The translations under genes and the position numbers were made by a program. Under the pieces are notes generated by a model, which was not told where the DNA came from, did no database searches, and saw only the letters and a list, made by a program, of their open reading frames with translations. A stretch of 64,000 nt of DNA, taken from the NCBI GenBank assembly GCA_963715335.1, contig CAVQRZ010000033.1, positions 1 through 64,000 on the forward strand, read 5' to 3'. Shown here piece by piece: positions 23,961 to 33,818 of this stretch. Position 1 is the stretch's first letter; each line of letters starts with the position of its first letter. Source of the stretch: an uncultured delta proteobacterium (GTDB lineage: Bacteria; Desulfobacterota; Desulfuromonadia; Desulfuromonadales; BM103).

Positions 23961-24488
23961 TTAACTTGCTTTTTTCAGGATCTGATGCATTGCTGCATGA
24001 GCCGTTGCTCCGATGCTCGTGAGACAGGGCAACAGTTCTTCGTATCGTTTGTATTCCACATCCAGGCTTTGTTTGCTTGTCAAGCTCAACAAGCCAGTCG
24101 GCGCGCCCTCCGGCTTCAGCGGCAAGGCAACACCGCTGCCAAAACCATGTTTATTGACATCCAGCATGAATTTTTGCACTTCGGGACCAGCGGCTTCCCA
24201 GCCGGCGCTGGAATCCCATAAAAAGGGTTCATTTTCGTTGCGGCAGTGAAGCACGATCGGATCAATTGCCTGATAGCCTTTCACCAGGTATGTCATCAGC
24301 CAGCGAGTCGTTTGTCCGCTGGCGAGGGTTGCCGGCATAGCCATAGGCGAGTAAGGGTTCTCGGAGGCATATAGCCACATTTCAAAACCCAGGGACTGCA
24401 ACGTCTGAATCATAACCCGCCGCAGGCCACTGCTGGTCGTCGCAGTCTGGATCGATTTTATATGCCTCTCCAGGGCTTGCACGTCCAT
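23961..24488 (-). CDS. Stand-alone LuxR autoinducer-binding domain with no HTH
   Basis: 'WLMTY..Y.AIDPIV..PFLW..GFGSGVALP' matches the AHL-pocket pattern; 175 aa; next gene starts 27 bp after the stop. Confidence 0.8.
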   Translation of the reverse strand: MDVQALERHIKSIQTATTSSGLRRVMIQTLQSLGFEMWLYASENPYSPMAMPATLASGQTTRWLMTYLVKGYQAIDPIVLHCRNENEPFLWDSSAGWEAAGPEVQKFMLDVNKHGFGSGVALPLKPEGAPTGLLSLTSKQSLDVEYKRYEELLPCLTSIGATAHAAMHQILKKAS

Positions 24489-24500
24489 ATAATCCTGTAA

Positions 24501-26100
24501 TCAATCAGGCGCAAAAACCGCGGCAAACCTGTCGAAAGCGGTTTGGTTGTCGAGCCGGTTGGTCATTTGCAACTTCTCCAGGTCATGCCGCGTCCTTAAA
24601 AATAACCGGCCCTGTTGCTTTGACAGGGCGCTGAGTTGGTCGAGGTTGTCGCCACGGTAGATCGGGCTGGAATTATCCAGGGCCATGAACGCCGCAAAGA
24701 TATGCTGTTTGGCCATAGCGGAGTCCATCGTCTGGTGTCTCCACTCCTGGAGGTATCCGCTCAAGTCATACTCATCGCGATGATCGAAGATGGGGCTGAA
24801 TGGCCACACCAAAAACGGGTAGAGAGACCAGTTAAAGTGGCCAGGGCCGACATGATCTTCGAGTCGCTTAATGAATGCCACGGTTGTTTCTATGCTTTTC
24901 TCAGTCTCGCCGGGGTAGCCGAAAATAAAGTAGCACGAGCAATTTATCCCGGCTGAGATCAGCTCCTTGATGACCCTCTCATTCAGCAAGGGGCTTGACT
25001 GTTTGTTCATGTTGGAGAGAATCCCGGGGTCGGCGGATTCCAGCACCAATCTGCACCTCCCTGCACCCCGCCTGTTTTAACAGCTGCAAGTCAACACCCT
25101 TGAGGCTCTCCGGGCGAATCATGCTCATCCACTCCAGAGAGATACCCTCATCGATAAATCGACGACATACCGTCTCTATGTCATTTTTTCCCAGCCTGAA
25201 ATTATCGTCAACAAACCAGACGTACCTGATGCCACGCTTCTGGGTGGCTTTGAGTTCGTCAACGAGCAGGTCCATGGGCTTAATGTGGTTCAGCCTGTGA
25301 TCTTTATTAAAGCTGCAGAAATGACACCGATGAGGGCACCCCGTGCTTGCCCGTACCGGAACGACCTTATGCACAAAAATCTCGTCCGGCAACCCCAGCC
25401 AGTCGATGGGGGCCTCCTTGTAGCCGGTCACATCATCAACCCGGGGGGAAAACTGATATTGGCCCTCCACCACCTGTGCAGTGTTCGGCTGGTTTCTCCA
25501 GAGCTCATTGCCGGCCAGCACATTTTGAATGACCTCATAAAGGGTGTCTTCACCGAGCGTGCTGATGACATAGAGATCCGCAGGATCGCTGTTCGCGCTA
25601 AAAAACAGGAACTGCTGCCTGATTTCCTCTGTATCATAGAGAGGGTCATTGCCTGACCTTGCAAAAATCCGCCAGGAAAGTTCCACGAAAGGTCCACCGA
25701 TAACAATGATTGCGCCCGGACAGCTTTGCCTGACTTCCGTTACGAGCTGAAAGATCGCCTTGCGTTGAATCAGGTAGGTTGTTGAAATTGCAACGACCTT
25801 GGGATTTCTTTCGGCCAGACGTTTGAACCTCTGTTGTTCTTTTTGAAAGTTGTTGATCAGGGTGGTCCTGACTCCACGTTTGGTCAAATAATTGTAGAGG
25901 TAGATCCCGTTCAACTTCGGTGCAGACTCCCAGCTACACTCGCTATTTCCCGCAATCGGCGGGACAACCTTGCCGCCGTGCTCGACAAAGTTGCGCACCA
26001 CCTGGATATTTGCCGGATAGCCATCCAGGACCAGGCGCAGCGGGTTCGAGGCACTGAGCGAATCGACACCATTGTCCGCTATAAGAATCACATCACTCAT
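24501..26100 (-). CDS. B12-binding-like radical SAM protein; one frameshift near 25045
   Basis: 'IVIGGP', 'STGCPHRCHFC', 'FVDDNF'; continues 'ESADPGIL..FIFGYPGET' in ORF 24501..25049. Confidence 0.85.
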
Positions 26101-26198
26101 TCAGACCGTTCCAGAAACTTCATGATATGGCATAAAGGGCCATCATGGCCGTTTGCGACACCGGCAAAACCTCGCCGGGGCTACTGGCCTCGACAAGA

Positions 26199-26998
26199 TC
26201 AGCAACCAATTCCGTAGTCCTCCGGCAGAATCCATCGAATGCGGCCTAGGGCTTTGCTGTAATCCTGGCCAGGATAGATGAGGCCCAGGTTCGTTGCCAT
26301 GCAAATCAGCTGCTGGCGGTTATCGCAGCCCAGCTTGAATTGGGCCGAGGCAATATGAGCATCGATGGTCCGCTTTGAAATCCCCAGTTTTTGCGCCGTT
26401 TGCCGTGAGGTCAGCCCGTCGGCGATGTACCGTATGACGTCTGATTCCCGCAGTGTGAGTCTGGCATTCAGTGGTGACTTCTGGTCATCCCGTTCGAGCC
26501 ATATCCGCAAGGTTGCCTCGTGGAAATATTTTATCAGCAGCGAGCCCATGGCCACGTTGACCAGTCCCAATTCCGAATGACTCATTGACACTCAGGTTAA
26601 CAAAGCCGCGGGTGCATTCCCGTGAAAAGACCGGGATACACACCCCTGCGAAATAGCCCGCACCTCTAACCGCCGCCATAAACTCGACCGCATTCTCGCC
26701 GTACGGATGTTTTGACCAGTCGTCATCGACATGCCAGAATAAAGGGGTCGTATGATGCGTGTAATGATACATGATGGGGTCGTTCAATGAGTAGTTGTTG
26801 GCCATGTATTCCGCAATCCATTCTTCTTTCATAGGTTGAATAGACAACCATCGGAGGGGTTTTGAAAGACTCCAAGATCTGGAACCCGTAACCAAAACAA
26901 TCGAACCCGATTGCGCTGAATTCACGCCTCATCACGACGAAAACGGCTTGATAACTTTTACAGCCAGCGAGTTCTGTTTGTAATTGTTTAAGATCCAT
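26199..26998 (-). CDS. LuxR-family regulator with autoinducer-binding domain and HTH; two frameshifts
   Basis: 'WIAEY..Y..NDPIM..PLFW..G' in 26485..26925; 'LTLRESDVIRYIADGLTSRQTAQKLGISKRTI' in 26199..26591. Confidence 0.85.
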
Positions 26999-27204
26999 TC
27001 AGGTCGGTCCATATCGTCGAGCAGGTGTGACAAACGTATTAAAATCACCCAGCGGTTAATAATGACGAAAAGCTGGTTGTTTTTCAAGGTTTCCTTTTAC
27101 CGCAGGAGCCTTTGGTCGACACACTTGTGCCGTTGAATATCTCCTCATACCTGCTAGGATAGTCTGCAGTTGTTGAATATTTATCCCTGCTGAGGAGGCT
27201 CATC

Positions 27205-27621
27205 ATGGCCAGACCCGCCTGTTACATGATTATCTGCGTACTCCTGACAACTCTGCCGGGCCTCGCCTTCGCCGCGCCCGACCTGCAGCCCGGCCGTTGG
27301 GAAATCACCTCGACCCTGGAAATGCCCGGCATGGCTTTCACCATGCCGGCGACCAAGCACACCCAATGCATCACCGCCGAAGAGCTTGTTCCGCAGGCCC
27401 AGCAGGAGAACAGTAAATGTCAGGTCGTGGACCAATCGATTGACGGCAACGTCGTCACCTGGCAGGTCCGATGCGAGTCCGGTGGCGGGACGATGGACAG
27501 CCAGGGTAAAATCACCTATCACGGCGACAGCTTCGAGGGCACGGTGGTCACAAATGGCAGTCAGATGCCCTCTGCAATGACCCAGAAAATGACCGGCAAG
27601 CGCATCGGTCAATGCAATTGA
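27205..27621 (+). CDS. DUF3617-like secreted protein
   Basis: Signal peptide; 'PGRWEIT', 'QCIT', C-terminal 'GKRIGQC'. Confidence 0.75.
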   Translation: MARPACYMIICVLLTTLPGLAFAAPDLQPGRWEITSTLEMPGMAFTMPATKHTQCITAEELVPQAQQENSKCQVVDQSIDGNVVTWQVRCESGGGTMDSQGKITYHGDSFEGTVVTNGSQMPSAMTQKMTGKRIGQCN

Positions 27622-27652
27622 TGCCAGCCTGGCGCAAGGAAAGGAAGACGTA

Positions 27653-27835
27653 ATGGGAAAGAAAGACCATGACTGCTGGAAACCTGAGAAACATCCCAAG
27701 CACATGTGCAAACTATATAAGAACGGTATGATGATGGAGTACGATCAACAGGCCAAAAACCCGACCGTCTCCTGCGCCAAATGCGGAGCAAAAGCGGACC
27801 TGCCGGAGGCGGTCTGCCAGCCGACCCCCCTCTAA
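27653..27835 (+). CDS. Small Cys/His-rich hypothetical protein
   Basis: 60 aa; 'HMC', 'CAKCG', 'VCQP'; AAGGA RBS. Confidence 0.6.
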   Translation: MGKKDHDCWKPEKHPKHMCKLYKNGMMMEYDQQAKNPTVSCAKCGAKADLPEAVCQPTPL

Positions 27836-27922
27836 CACTTTATATCACGGGTGCAATCAGATCCGATTTATGCCACAATTTCGAGTGACGGCCCATATTC
27901 AGAACAGGTTACGAGGACAGCC

Positions 27923-29008
27923 ATGAATGAATCACAGGAAAAAGACCTGGTCAGGAACATCCTGGTCATTGCCCTCATCGGTGCCCTGTTGACGGCCAGC
28001 TTCTGGGTCCTGAGGCCATTCCTGCCGGCGCTGATCTGGGCCAGCATGATCGTTATTGCGACCTGGCCGCTGTTGCTGATGGTCCAGGAGAAAGTTCGCA
28101 GCCGACGCGCCGCAGTGATCGTAATTATTGGCCTCCTGGTCCTGGTCTTCGTGATCCCCTTCTCCCTCGCCGTCGGCACCATTGTTGACAATGCGCCCCA
28201 GATTGGCTCGCTCGGCAAGCAGCTCGCGACATTCACGGTTCCGGCACCCCCGGATTGGGTCGAAAGGATACCGCTGGTTGGTAACCCGGCCGCTGAAGCA
28301 TGGCAAAAGGCCGCCGACGCCGAACCGGGGGAATTCGCCACACGCCTTTCTCCCTACATCAAAAATGTTGCCGGATGGCTGGTCGCCCAGGCCGGCAGCT
28401 TCGGTATGATGCTGATTCATTTTGTCCTGACCTTGATCTTCTCGGCGCTACTTTATATGAACGGAGAGATGGCTGCTGAGGCGGCCTGTAGAATGGCCCG
28501 TCGGATTGCCGATGAGCGTGGCGAGAATTCCGCAATCCTGGCGGCCAAGTCGGTCCGCGCCGTCGCCCAGGGCGTGGTGGTCACTGCCCTGGCCCAGTCG
28601 ATCCTGGCCGGGCTTGGTCTTGCCGTTGTCGGGGTCCCCTATGCATCGCTTCTGACGGCAGTGATCTTTATGCTGACCATTGCTCAGATTGGTGCCGGAC
28701 CGATTCTGATTCCCGCAGCCATCTGGTTGTTCTTGAAAGGCAGCACAGGCTGGGGAATCGCCTTCTCTGTCTGGGCGGTTTTCGTCATGAGCATGGATGG
28801 TTTCATGCGCCCGATCCTGATCCGCCGCAACGCCAACCTGCCCCTCCTGCTGATCTTTGCCGGGGTTATCGGCGGCCTGATCGCCTTCGGCATAATCGGG
28901 CTGTTCATCGGTCCGGTGCTGCTGGCAGTCTCTTATACACTGATGAAAGTCTGGGTGGACGAGGACGGTGCGGGGGAGGATGCCGTCCCGGCAGCATCCG
29001 AAGAGTAG
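27923..29008 (+). CDS. AI-2E family transporter (YdiK-like)
   Basis: Multi-TM; 'RPFLPALIWA', 'GVIGGLIAFGIIGLFIGPV'. Confidence 0.88.
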   Translation: MNESQEKDLVRNILVIALIGALLTASFWVLRPFLPALIWASMIVIATWPLLLMVQEKVRSRRAAVIVIIGLLVLVFVIPFSLAVGTIVDNAPQIGSLGKQLATFTVPAPPDWVERIPLVGNPAAEAWQKAADAEPGEFATRLSPYIKNVAGWLVAQAGSFGMMLIHFVLTLIFSALLYMNGEMAAEAACRMARRIADERGENSAILAAKSVRAVAQGVVVTALAQSILAGLGLAVVGVPYASLLTAVIFMLTIAQIGAGPILIPAAIWLFLKGSTGWGIAFSVWAVFVMSMDGFMRPILIRRNANLPLLLIFAGVIGGLIAFGIIGLFIGPVLLAVSYTLMKVWVDEDGAGEDAVPAASEE

Positions 29009-29116
29009 ACGATGTCCTGTTGATTGCTACGAGTTTCTGTCGACAACCCGTCTTGCTCTCGCGTGCATCACGTGCTATATCTGCCTGCCCAAATACTTTA
29101 CAAAGGAGACGCATAA

Positions 29117-29635
29117 ATGTCCGAAACAACCAACCCGATCGCCCGCATCGAAACCAGCAAGGGAGATATCGTTCTCGAACTTGATGCGGTCAATGCGCCG
29201 GTCACCGTAGCCAACTTTATCGCTTATGCCAACGACGGCTTTTATGAAGGGACCGTCTTTCACCGGGTTATCGATGGCTTCATGATCCAGGGCGGAGGTC
29301 TCACGGCAGACATGCGCGACAAGGTCAACAAGAAGGCCCCGATCAAGAACGAAGCCGGCAACGGCCTGAAAAATGCCCACGGCACCGTCGCTATGGCCCG
29401 CACCCAGGTCGTCGACAGCGCTACCAGCCAGTTCTTTATCAATGTCGGCGACAACGACTTCCTCAACCATACCGCACCGACGGCGCAGGGTTTCGGTTAT
29501 GCTGTATTCGGCAAGGTAACCGACGGCATGGAGACGGTCGATGCGATCCGTAAGGTCAGGACCGGCAGCAGCGGCATGCACCAGGATGTCCCTGTCGAAG
29601 CGATCACCATTCGGAAAGTCACCGTCGAGGGATAG
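29117..29635 (+). CDS. Cyclophilin-type peptidyl-prolyl isomerase
   Basis: 'FHRVIDGFMIQGGG', 'AMART', 'SATSQFFIN', 'GYAVFGKV'. Confidence 0.95.
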   Translation: MSETTNPIARIETSKGDIVLELDAVNAPVTVANFIAYANDGFYEGTVFHRVIDGFMIQGGGLTADMRDKVNKKAPIKNEAGNGLKNAHGTVAMARTQVVDSATSQFFINVGDNDFLNHTAPTAQGFGYAVFGKVTDGMETVDAIRKVRTGSSGMHQDVPVEAITIRKVTVEG

Positions 29636-29679
29636 AACCCGAGGCGCGAGGTGCGAAGCACGAACAAGCTCAAAAAGAG

Positions 29680-29714
29680 GCCAGGACACTCATAAAGGGT
29701 GTCCTGGCTTTTTT
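29680..29714 (+). terminator. Intrinsic terminator
   Basis: GCCAGGACAC-N11-GTGTCCTGGC followed by T6. Confidence 0.7.
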
Positions 29715-29777
29715 CAATCCTTCCAGCTCCCAGCCTCCGCCCTTTAAATTATTAATCTTTTTAATTCATCTGCTATA

Positions 29778-31583
29778 ATGGGCGCCGTGGAGATTCAGCC
29801 CATGGCCCCTCGCTCTCTAACCAGATGGTTATCAGGCTTTTATTACGGTCTCAAGCTGTTCCCGTTCCGCAAGGAGCGCCGGAAGCGTCTCGCGCACGGC
29901 CGGATAAAAGGTTTTGTCGGCATCCAGATCGACGGCCTGGCTTTCCCGTATCTGCAACAGGCCCTGGACCGCGGCTACCTCCCGCACCTGGAGCGTTATC
30001 TGCGCCGCGGCCACAAGCTGGTCGAGTACCGGGCCGGCCTGCCCAGCACGACCCCCGCAGCACAAGCGGTCTTTTTTTACGGCAGCGATCACGCTATCCC
30101 GGCCTTTCGCTGGTTTAACAAGGAGACCGGGCAGGTCATCTCGTGCAACGACCCCGACCATGTTCAGATCTTCCGGGAAAAGCTTTTCGGCGACAAGCGG
30201 GGGTTACTGTTCGGCGGGGCATCCTACTCTAACATTCTCGACGGCGATGCCGAACGCAGCATCTTCACCGTCTCATCACCACACCCCCAGACACTCTTCG
30301 GGCGCCTGGGCGGCCTTCGCATCCTGCTGCTGCTGTTGGTCAACCCTCTGCGCACGTGTCGCATGTTTTTCGCCACGTTTCTTGAATATTCGGCCAATCG
30401 CAAAGACGAATGGCATCACCGGCGCAAGGGACGCTGGCACACCCGTGAAGGGCTTTTCCCCCTGATACGTATTTTCTGCAATGTCATCCTGCGCGAAATG
30501 CAGACCTTTGGCGTGATTTCCGAGGTCTATGCCGGAACGCCGCGCATCTACACCACCTACAGCGGCTACGATGAAATCGCTCACCATTTCGGCCCGGAAT
30601 CCTGGCCGGCCCTGAAGAACCTGGTTTATATCGACCGGCGTATCGGTGAGATCGTCCGTGCTGTCGACCATATCCCCGGGGCCGACTACCTGCTGGTCAT
30701 CCTCTCCGACCACGGCCAGACTCCTGGCTATCCGTTCCAGAACCGTTTCGGTGCTACGCTCGGCGATGCGGTCAGCGCCTTTCTGCGGGAGAACCAGACC
30801 GCTGCGGTGTCAGGCGGTCCACTCGAATTTGCCCGCGCACAGATCGGTTACCTGCAGGATGAACTGGGAGCCCGCGAGAAAAGTTTGCGCTACCGCGTCT
30901 ATCGGCGGACAAAGAATCTTTTCCAACGGAAAATTCAAGACCTGGTGCCGGAAACCTTGAGGATTGATCCTGAGGGCGGCGTGGTCATCACCTATTCAAG
31001 CAGCCTGGCCCATCTTTACATTACCGGTTCAAGCGAACCACTCAGCTACCAGGAAGTTGAACAGGCACAACCGATGCTGCTGCGTTTTTTGCAGAGACAC
31101 AAAGGAATCGGCTTCGTTCTGGCGCGAGGGACGAACGCCGGCGAACTAATGATCTTTCATCGTGACGGTCAGATCTGTGTGACGGAAAATCCCCGTTTCA
31201 AGCAGTACGAATTGGCCTTTCTGAGGCCTTACGGGGCGCCTTACGACACGCTCGAGGCCCTGTATCGTTTTGGCCTTGGCCGCCGCTGTGGCGACCTGGT
31301 CCTGTTCGGAGCAATCGACGAAGAGGGGATCGCCTGCTTCGACGACCAGGTTGGTGGGCATGGCTCGGTCGGTGGCGAACAATCGCGACCCTTTTTGATT
31401 CTGCCGCTCGGCCATCCGGTCCTGGCAAAAGAACGCCTGCAAGGCTACGAATTCCTCTATCACGACGTCTTCCGGGCCCAGGTAGGTGAAGATCCTCCAA
31501 AGAAAAAAGGGCCTCCGCCCAATAACCCCAGTCACACTTTCAACCAGCCCCTGGCAGGTTCAAAGTTTTTCCTGCACGACTGA
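29778..31583 (+). CDS. Alkaline phosphatase superfamily (NPP/phosphodiesterase-like) protein
   Basis: 'QIDGL', 'PSTTPA', 'YDEIAHHFGP', 'LSDHGQ', 'GGHG'. Confidence 0.8.
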   Translation: MGAVEIQPMAPRSLTRWLSGFYYGLKLFPFRKERRKRLAHGRIKGFVGIQIDGLAFPYLQQALDRGYLPHLERYLRRGHKLVEYRAGLPSTTPAAQAVFFYGSDHAIPAFRWFNKETGQVISCNDPDHVQIFREKLFGDKRGLLFGGASYSNILDGDAERSIFTVSSPHPQTLFGRLGGLRILLLLLVNPLRTCRMFFATFLEYSANRKDEWHHRRKGRWHTREGLFPLIRIFCNVILREMQTFGVISEVYAGTPRIYTTYSGYDEIAHHFGPESWPALKNLVYIDRRIGEIVRAVDHIPGADYLLVILSDHGQTPGYPFQNRFGATLGDAVSAFLRENQTAAVSGGPLEFARAQIGYLQDELGAREKSLRYRVYRRTKNLFQRKIQDLVPETLRIDPEGGVVITYSSSLAHLYITGSSEPLSYQEVEQAQPMLLRFLQRHKGIGFVLARGTNAGELMIFHRDGQICVTENPRFKQYELAFLRPYGAPYDTLEALYRFGLGRRCGDLVLFGAIDEEGIACFDDQVGGHGSVGGEQSRPFLILPLGHPVLAKERLQGYEFLYHDVFRAQVGEDPPKKKGPPPNNPSHTFNQPLAGSKFFLHD

Positions 31584-32777
31584 TACCACGTACTTGAGAT
31601 AGTGCCCTTCCGGAAAACCTGTCATAAAAGGGAAATCTTCCGCCTGCCCGGCCACCTTGATGACCTGGAGCTGACGTCCGGACGCCAGGCTGCCGTTGCG
31701 CAATTCTTTCAGGTAAGATTCCAGGGGCATTTTCTGTAAATTTGACGAGGTCACCAGCAAGCCCCCCGCAGCGAGTACCCCGAGAGTTTTCTGCACCAGT
31801 TCCGCCGTTCCGCCGCTGGTCGCAAAACGGCTTTTGCGGGTTGTCGAGAAACTAGGGGGGTCCATGAGCACAAGGTCGAAACAGCGCCCGGCCTTGAGCA
31901 GTCGGTCGAGTTCCGCAAAACAGTCCCCGCTCATAAATTCATGGTCTTCTGCGGCAATCTGATTGAGGCGAAAGTTCCTGCGCGCCCAATCGAGATAGCG
32001 CCCCGAAACGTCAACACTGGTGACTCGAATCGCGCCGCCAGCGGCAGCGGCGACAGAAAAAGCGCCGGTATAGGCAAACAGGTTCAGCACACGGCAGCCC
32101 GCAGCGAGCCTACGGAATTCCAGTCTGTTTCGCCGCTGGTCATGGAACAACCCCGTATTCAGGTCCCTGACCAGGTCGACGTGGTAGAGGAGCCCGTGTT
32201 CACGAACAGCAAGATCGTCCGGAGCAGCAGCTCCTGCCAGCAGGCGGCCCTGCTGCATCTGTTGTTTGTCGGCTGCCAGCTTGCGGGTCTCCTGCGTCCG
32301 GAACTTGGCATAAATGCCCAGGGGTGCATAGACCTCCTGCAGGGCGGATATGATCGTCGGCAGGTATCTTTCCCAGGCCGGGGTATAGTATTGCACCATC
32401 AGGTAATCAGCATATCGATCTACGGTCAGACCGGGCAGGCCATCACCTTCCGCGTTGACCAGGCGAACAACGTTGGTATCCCCGAAATCGATCAGGCTTC
32501 GGCTCCTTCCGGCTCTCTCCAGGCAGGCCACAAACCATCCCTGATCGATTGCGATAACCGCTGGGGACAGGCGCCGCGCAACGATACGAGCACCCGGCTC
32601 ATAAAGGGCGGTCCCGAGGCTGTGGCCCTTTTCCGTCACCAATTCAACGAGGCTGCCGCATCCCGCTTGCGGCCATTGGCGGGTGTAACGGTCGGCGATC
32701 ACCCAGGGATGACCAAGGTTGAGCATGCGTGCGGTTTCAGGGCCAATGGTGCAGCGCAGTTGCTTGGTTCTGTTCAA
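31560..32777 (-). CDS. RlmI/RlmK-like class I SAM-dependent rRNA methyltransferase
   Basis: 'GHPWV', 'EGDGLPGL.VDRY', 'TGLFHDQR', 'VLNLFAYTG', 'DPPSF'; TTG start after GAGG. Confidence 0.88.
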   Translation of the reverse strand: MNRTKQLRCTIGPETARMLNLGHPWVIADRYTRQWPQAGCGSLVELVTEKGHSLGTALYEPGARIVARRLSPAVIAIDQGWFVACLERAGRSRSLIDFGDTNVVRLVNAEGDGLPGLTVDRYADYLMVQYYTPAWERYLPTIISALQEVYAPLGIYAKFRTQETRKLAADKQQMQQGRLLAGAAAPDDLAVREHGLLYHVDLVRDLNTGLFHDQRRNRLEFRRLAAGCRVLNLFAYTGAFSVAAAAGGAIRVTSVDVSGRYLDWARRNFRLNQIAAEDHEFMSGDCFAELDRLLKAGRCFDLVLMDPPSFSTTRKSRFATSGGTAELVQKTLGVLAAGGLLVTSSNLQKMPLESYLKELRNGSLASGRQLQVIKVAGQAEDFPFMTGFPEGHYLKYVVSVVQEKL

Positions 32778-32828
32778 GAGAATACCTCGCGAGAAGCGGT
32801 GTGGTTCTATCCGGGAATACAGCATCGG

Positions 32829-32922
32829 GAATACAGAATACAGAATCCAGAATCCAGGAGAAAGGCAAAAGACAAAATGTGGGCCCCATTCTGGATTCTG
32901 GATTCTGGATTCTGGATTCTGA
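32829..32922. repeat. Inverted heptanucleotide tandem repeat (CAGAAT[A/C])n ... (ATTCTGG)n
   Basis: About 4 copies facing about 5 complementary copies in a divergent intergenic region. Confidence 0.85.
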
Positions 32923-32988
32923 TACTTAATACCCGGCCGCAGATCACATGTGCTATGATGCCACCCCATTCCTAGTCAGGAGGCGACC

Positions 32989-33630
32989 ATGGCAGAAACA
33001 GCCCAAACCAAGGGTGGTCAACATATCGAACAGCTCATGCGGCAACTGCCGCCGGACTCTGAGCGTTACAAGGTGCTCGCATCGGCCAGACAATTCAAAT
33101 CATCCTGGGTTGAATTGGGAGAGTGGCTGGCTCGGGTCAGCAACAACAACCAGTTTGCCGATTGGGGTTATACGACATTCGAGGACTACTGCACCAGGGA
33201 GGTCCGCATCCGCCGAAAGACGGCAGAGAAGCTGCTGCTTGCTTATCGTTTTCTCGAACGAAAGGAACCGGGGCTTCTCGAGCGCAGGGAAGGCCGCCCT
33301 TTGCCTGACTACCGCTCGGTTGACCTGCTGCGCCAGGCTGACGAGGAAAAGCCTTTCAGCATGGCAGAATACGGCGAACTGCGTCAGGCCATCATCGAAG
33401 AAGAGCGCGGTCATCCGTCAGTCGCCAGACAGTTTCGCGACATGGACCACGGCCACCGACCGGAGCAGAGGACCTCTCACCAATACCGTAACGCGCTGAT
33501 CTCGGCAAAACGCCTGTCGACCAGCCTGCAGGAACTCCCCGATGTCCCGGATGACTTATCCCGAGCCCTGGGACAACTGGTCGATTTCCTTGAGGCAGCT
33601 TGTGTCACGGGACAGGAACCCCTTGAGTAG
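32989..33630 (+). CDS. Hypothetical protein
   Basis: 213-aa ORF with AGGAGG RBS; 'FKSSWVELGE..WGY..FEDYC'. Confidence 0.7.
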   Translation: MAETAQTKGGQHIEQLMRQLPPDSERYKVLASARQFKSSWVELGEWLARVSNNNQFADWGYTTFEDYCTREVRIRRKTAEKLLLAYRFLERKEPGLLERREGRPLPDYRSVDLLRQADEEKPFSMAEYGELRQAIIEEERGHPSVARQFRDMDHGHRPEQRTSHQYRNALISAKRLSTSLQELPDVPDDLSRALGQLVDFLEAACVTGQEPLE

Positions 33631-33818
33631 AAAAAGTTCTGAACGCTGCGTCAAAGTGATGGTTCGCGGTCCATCCAGCAGTTTCACCTTGCCAAGTCGG
33701 TTTCAATGCATTAAAAAGCCTCATTGCAAGTCGCCTTTATTACCGAATGGCACTTTTCCTGGCGAGCATTTTCCAAGACTGGTGTTATAATCGGTTGTCT
33801 GGCAAGGAGGAAATTCGA

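Noticed and set aside
8068..27100. Integrative element inserted at tRNA-Leu
   Set aside because: No integrase next to the tRNA, and I found no duplicated tRNA 3' end (att site) downstream
32778..32969. N-terminal extension of the rRNA methyltransferase in the ORF track
   Set aside because: It translates the heptamer repeats; an RBS-supported TTG start lies at 32777
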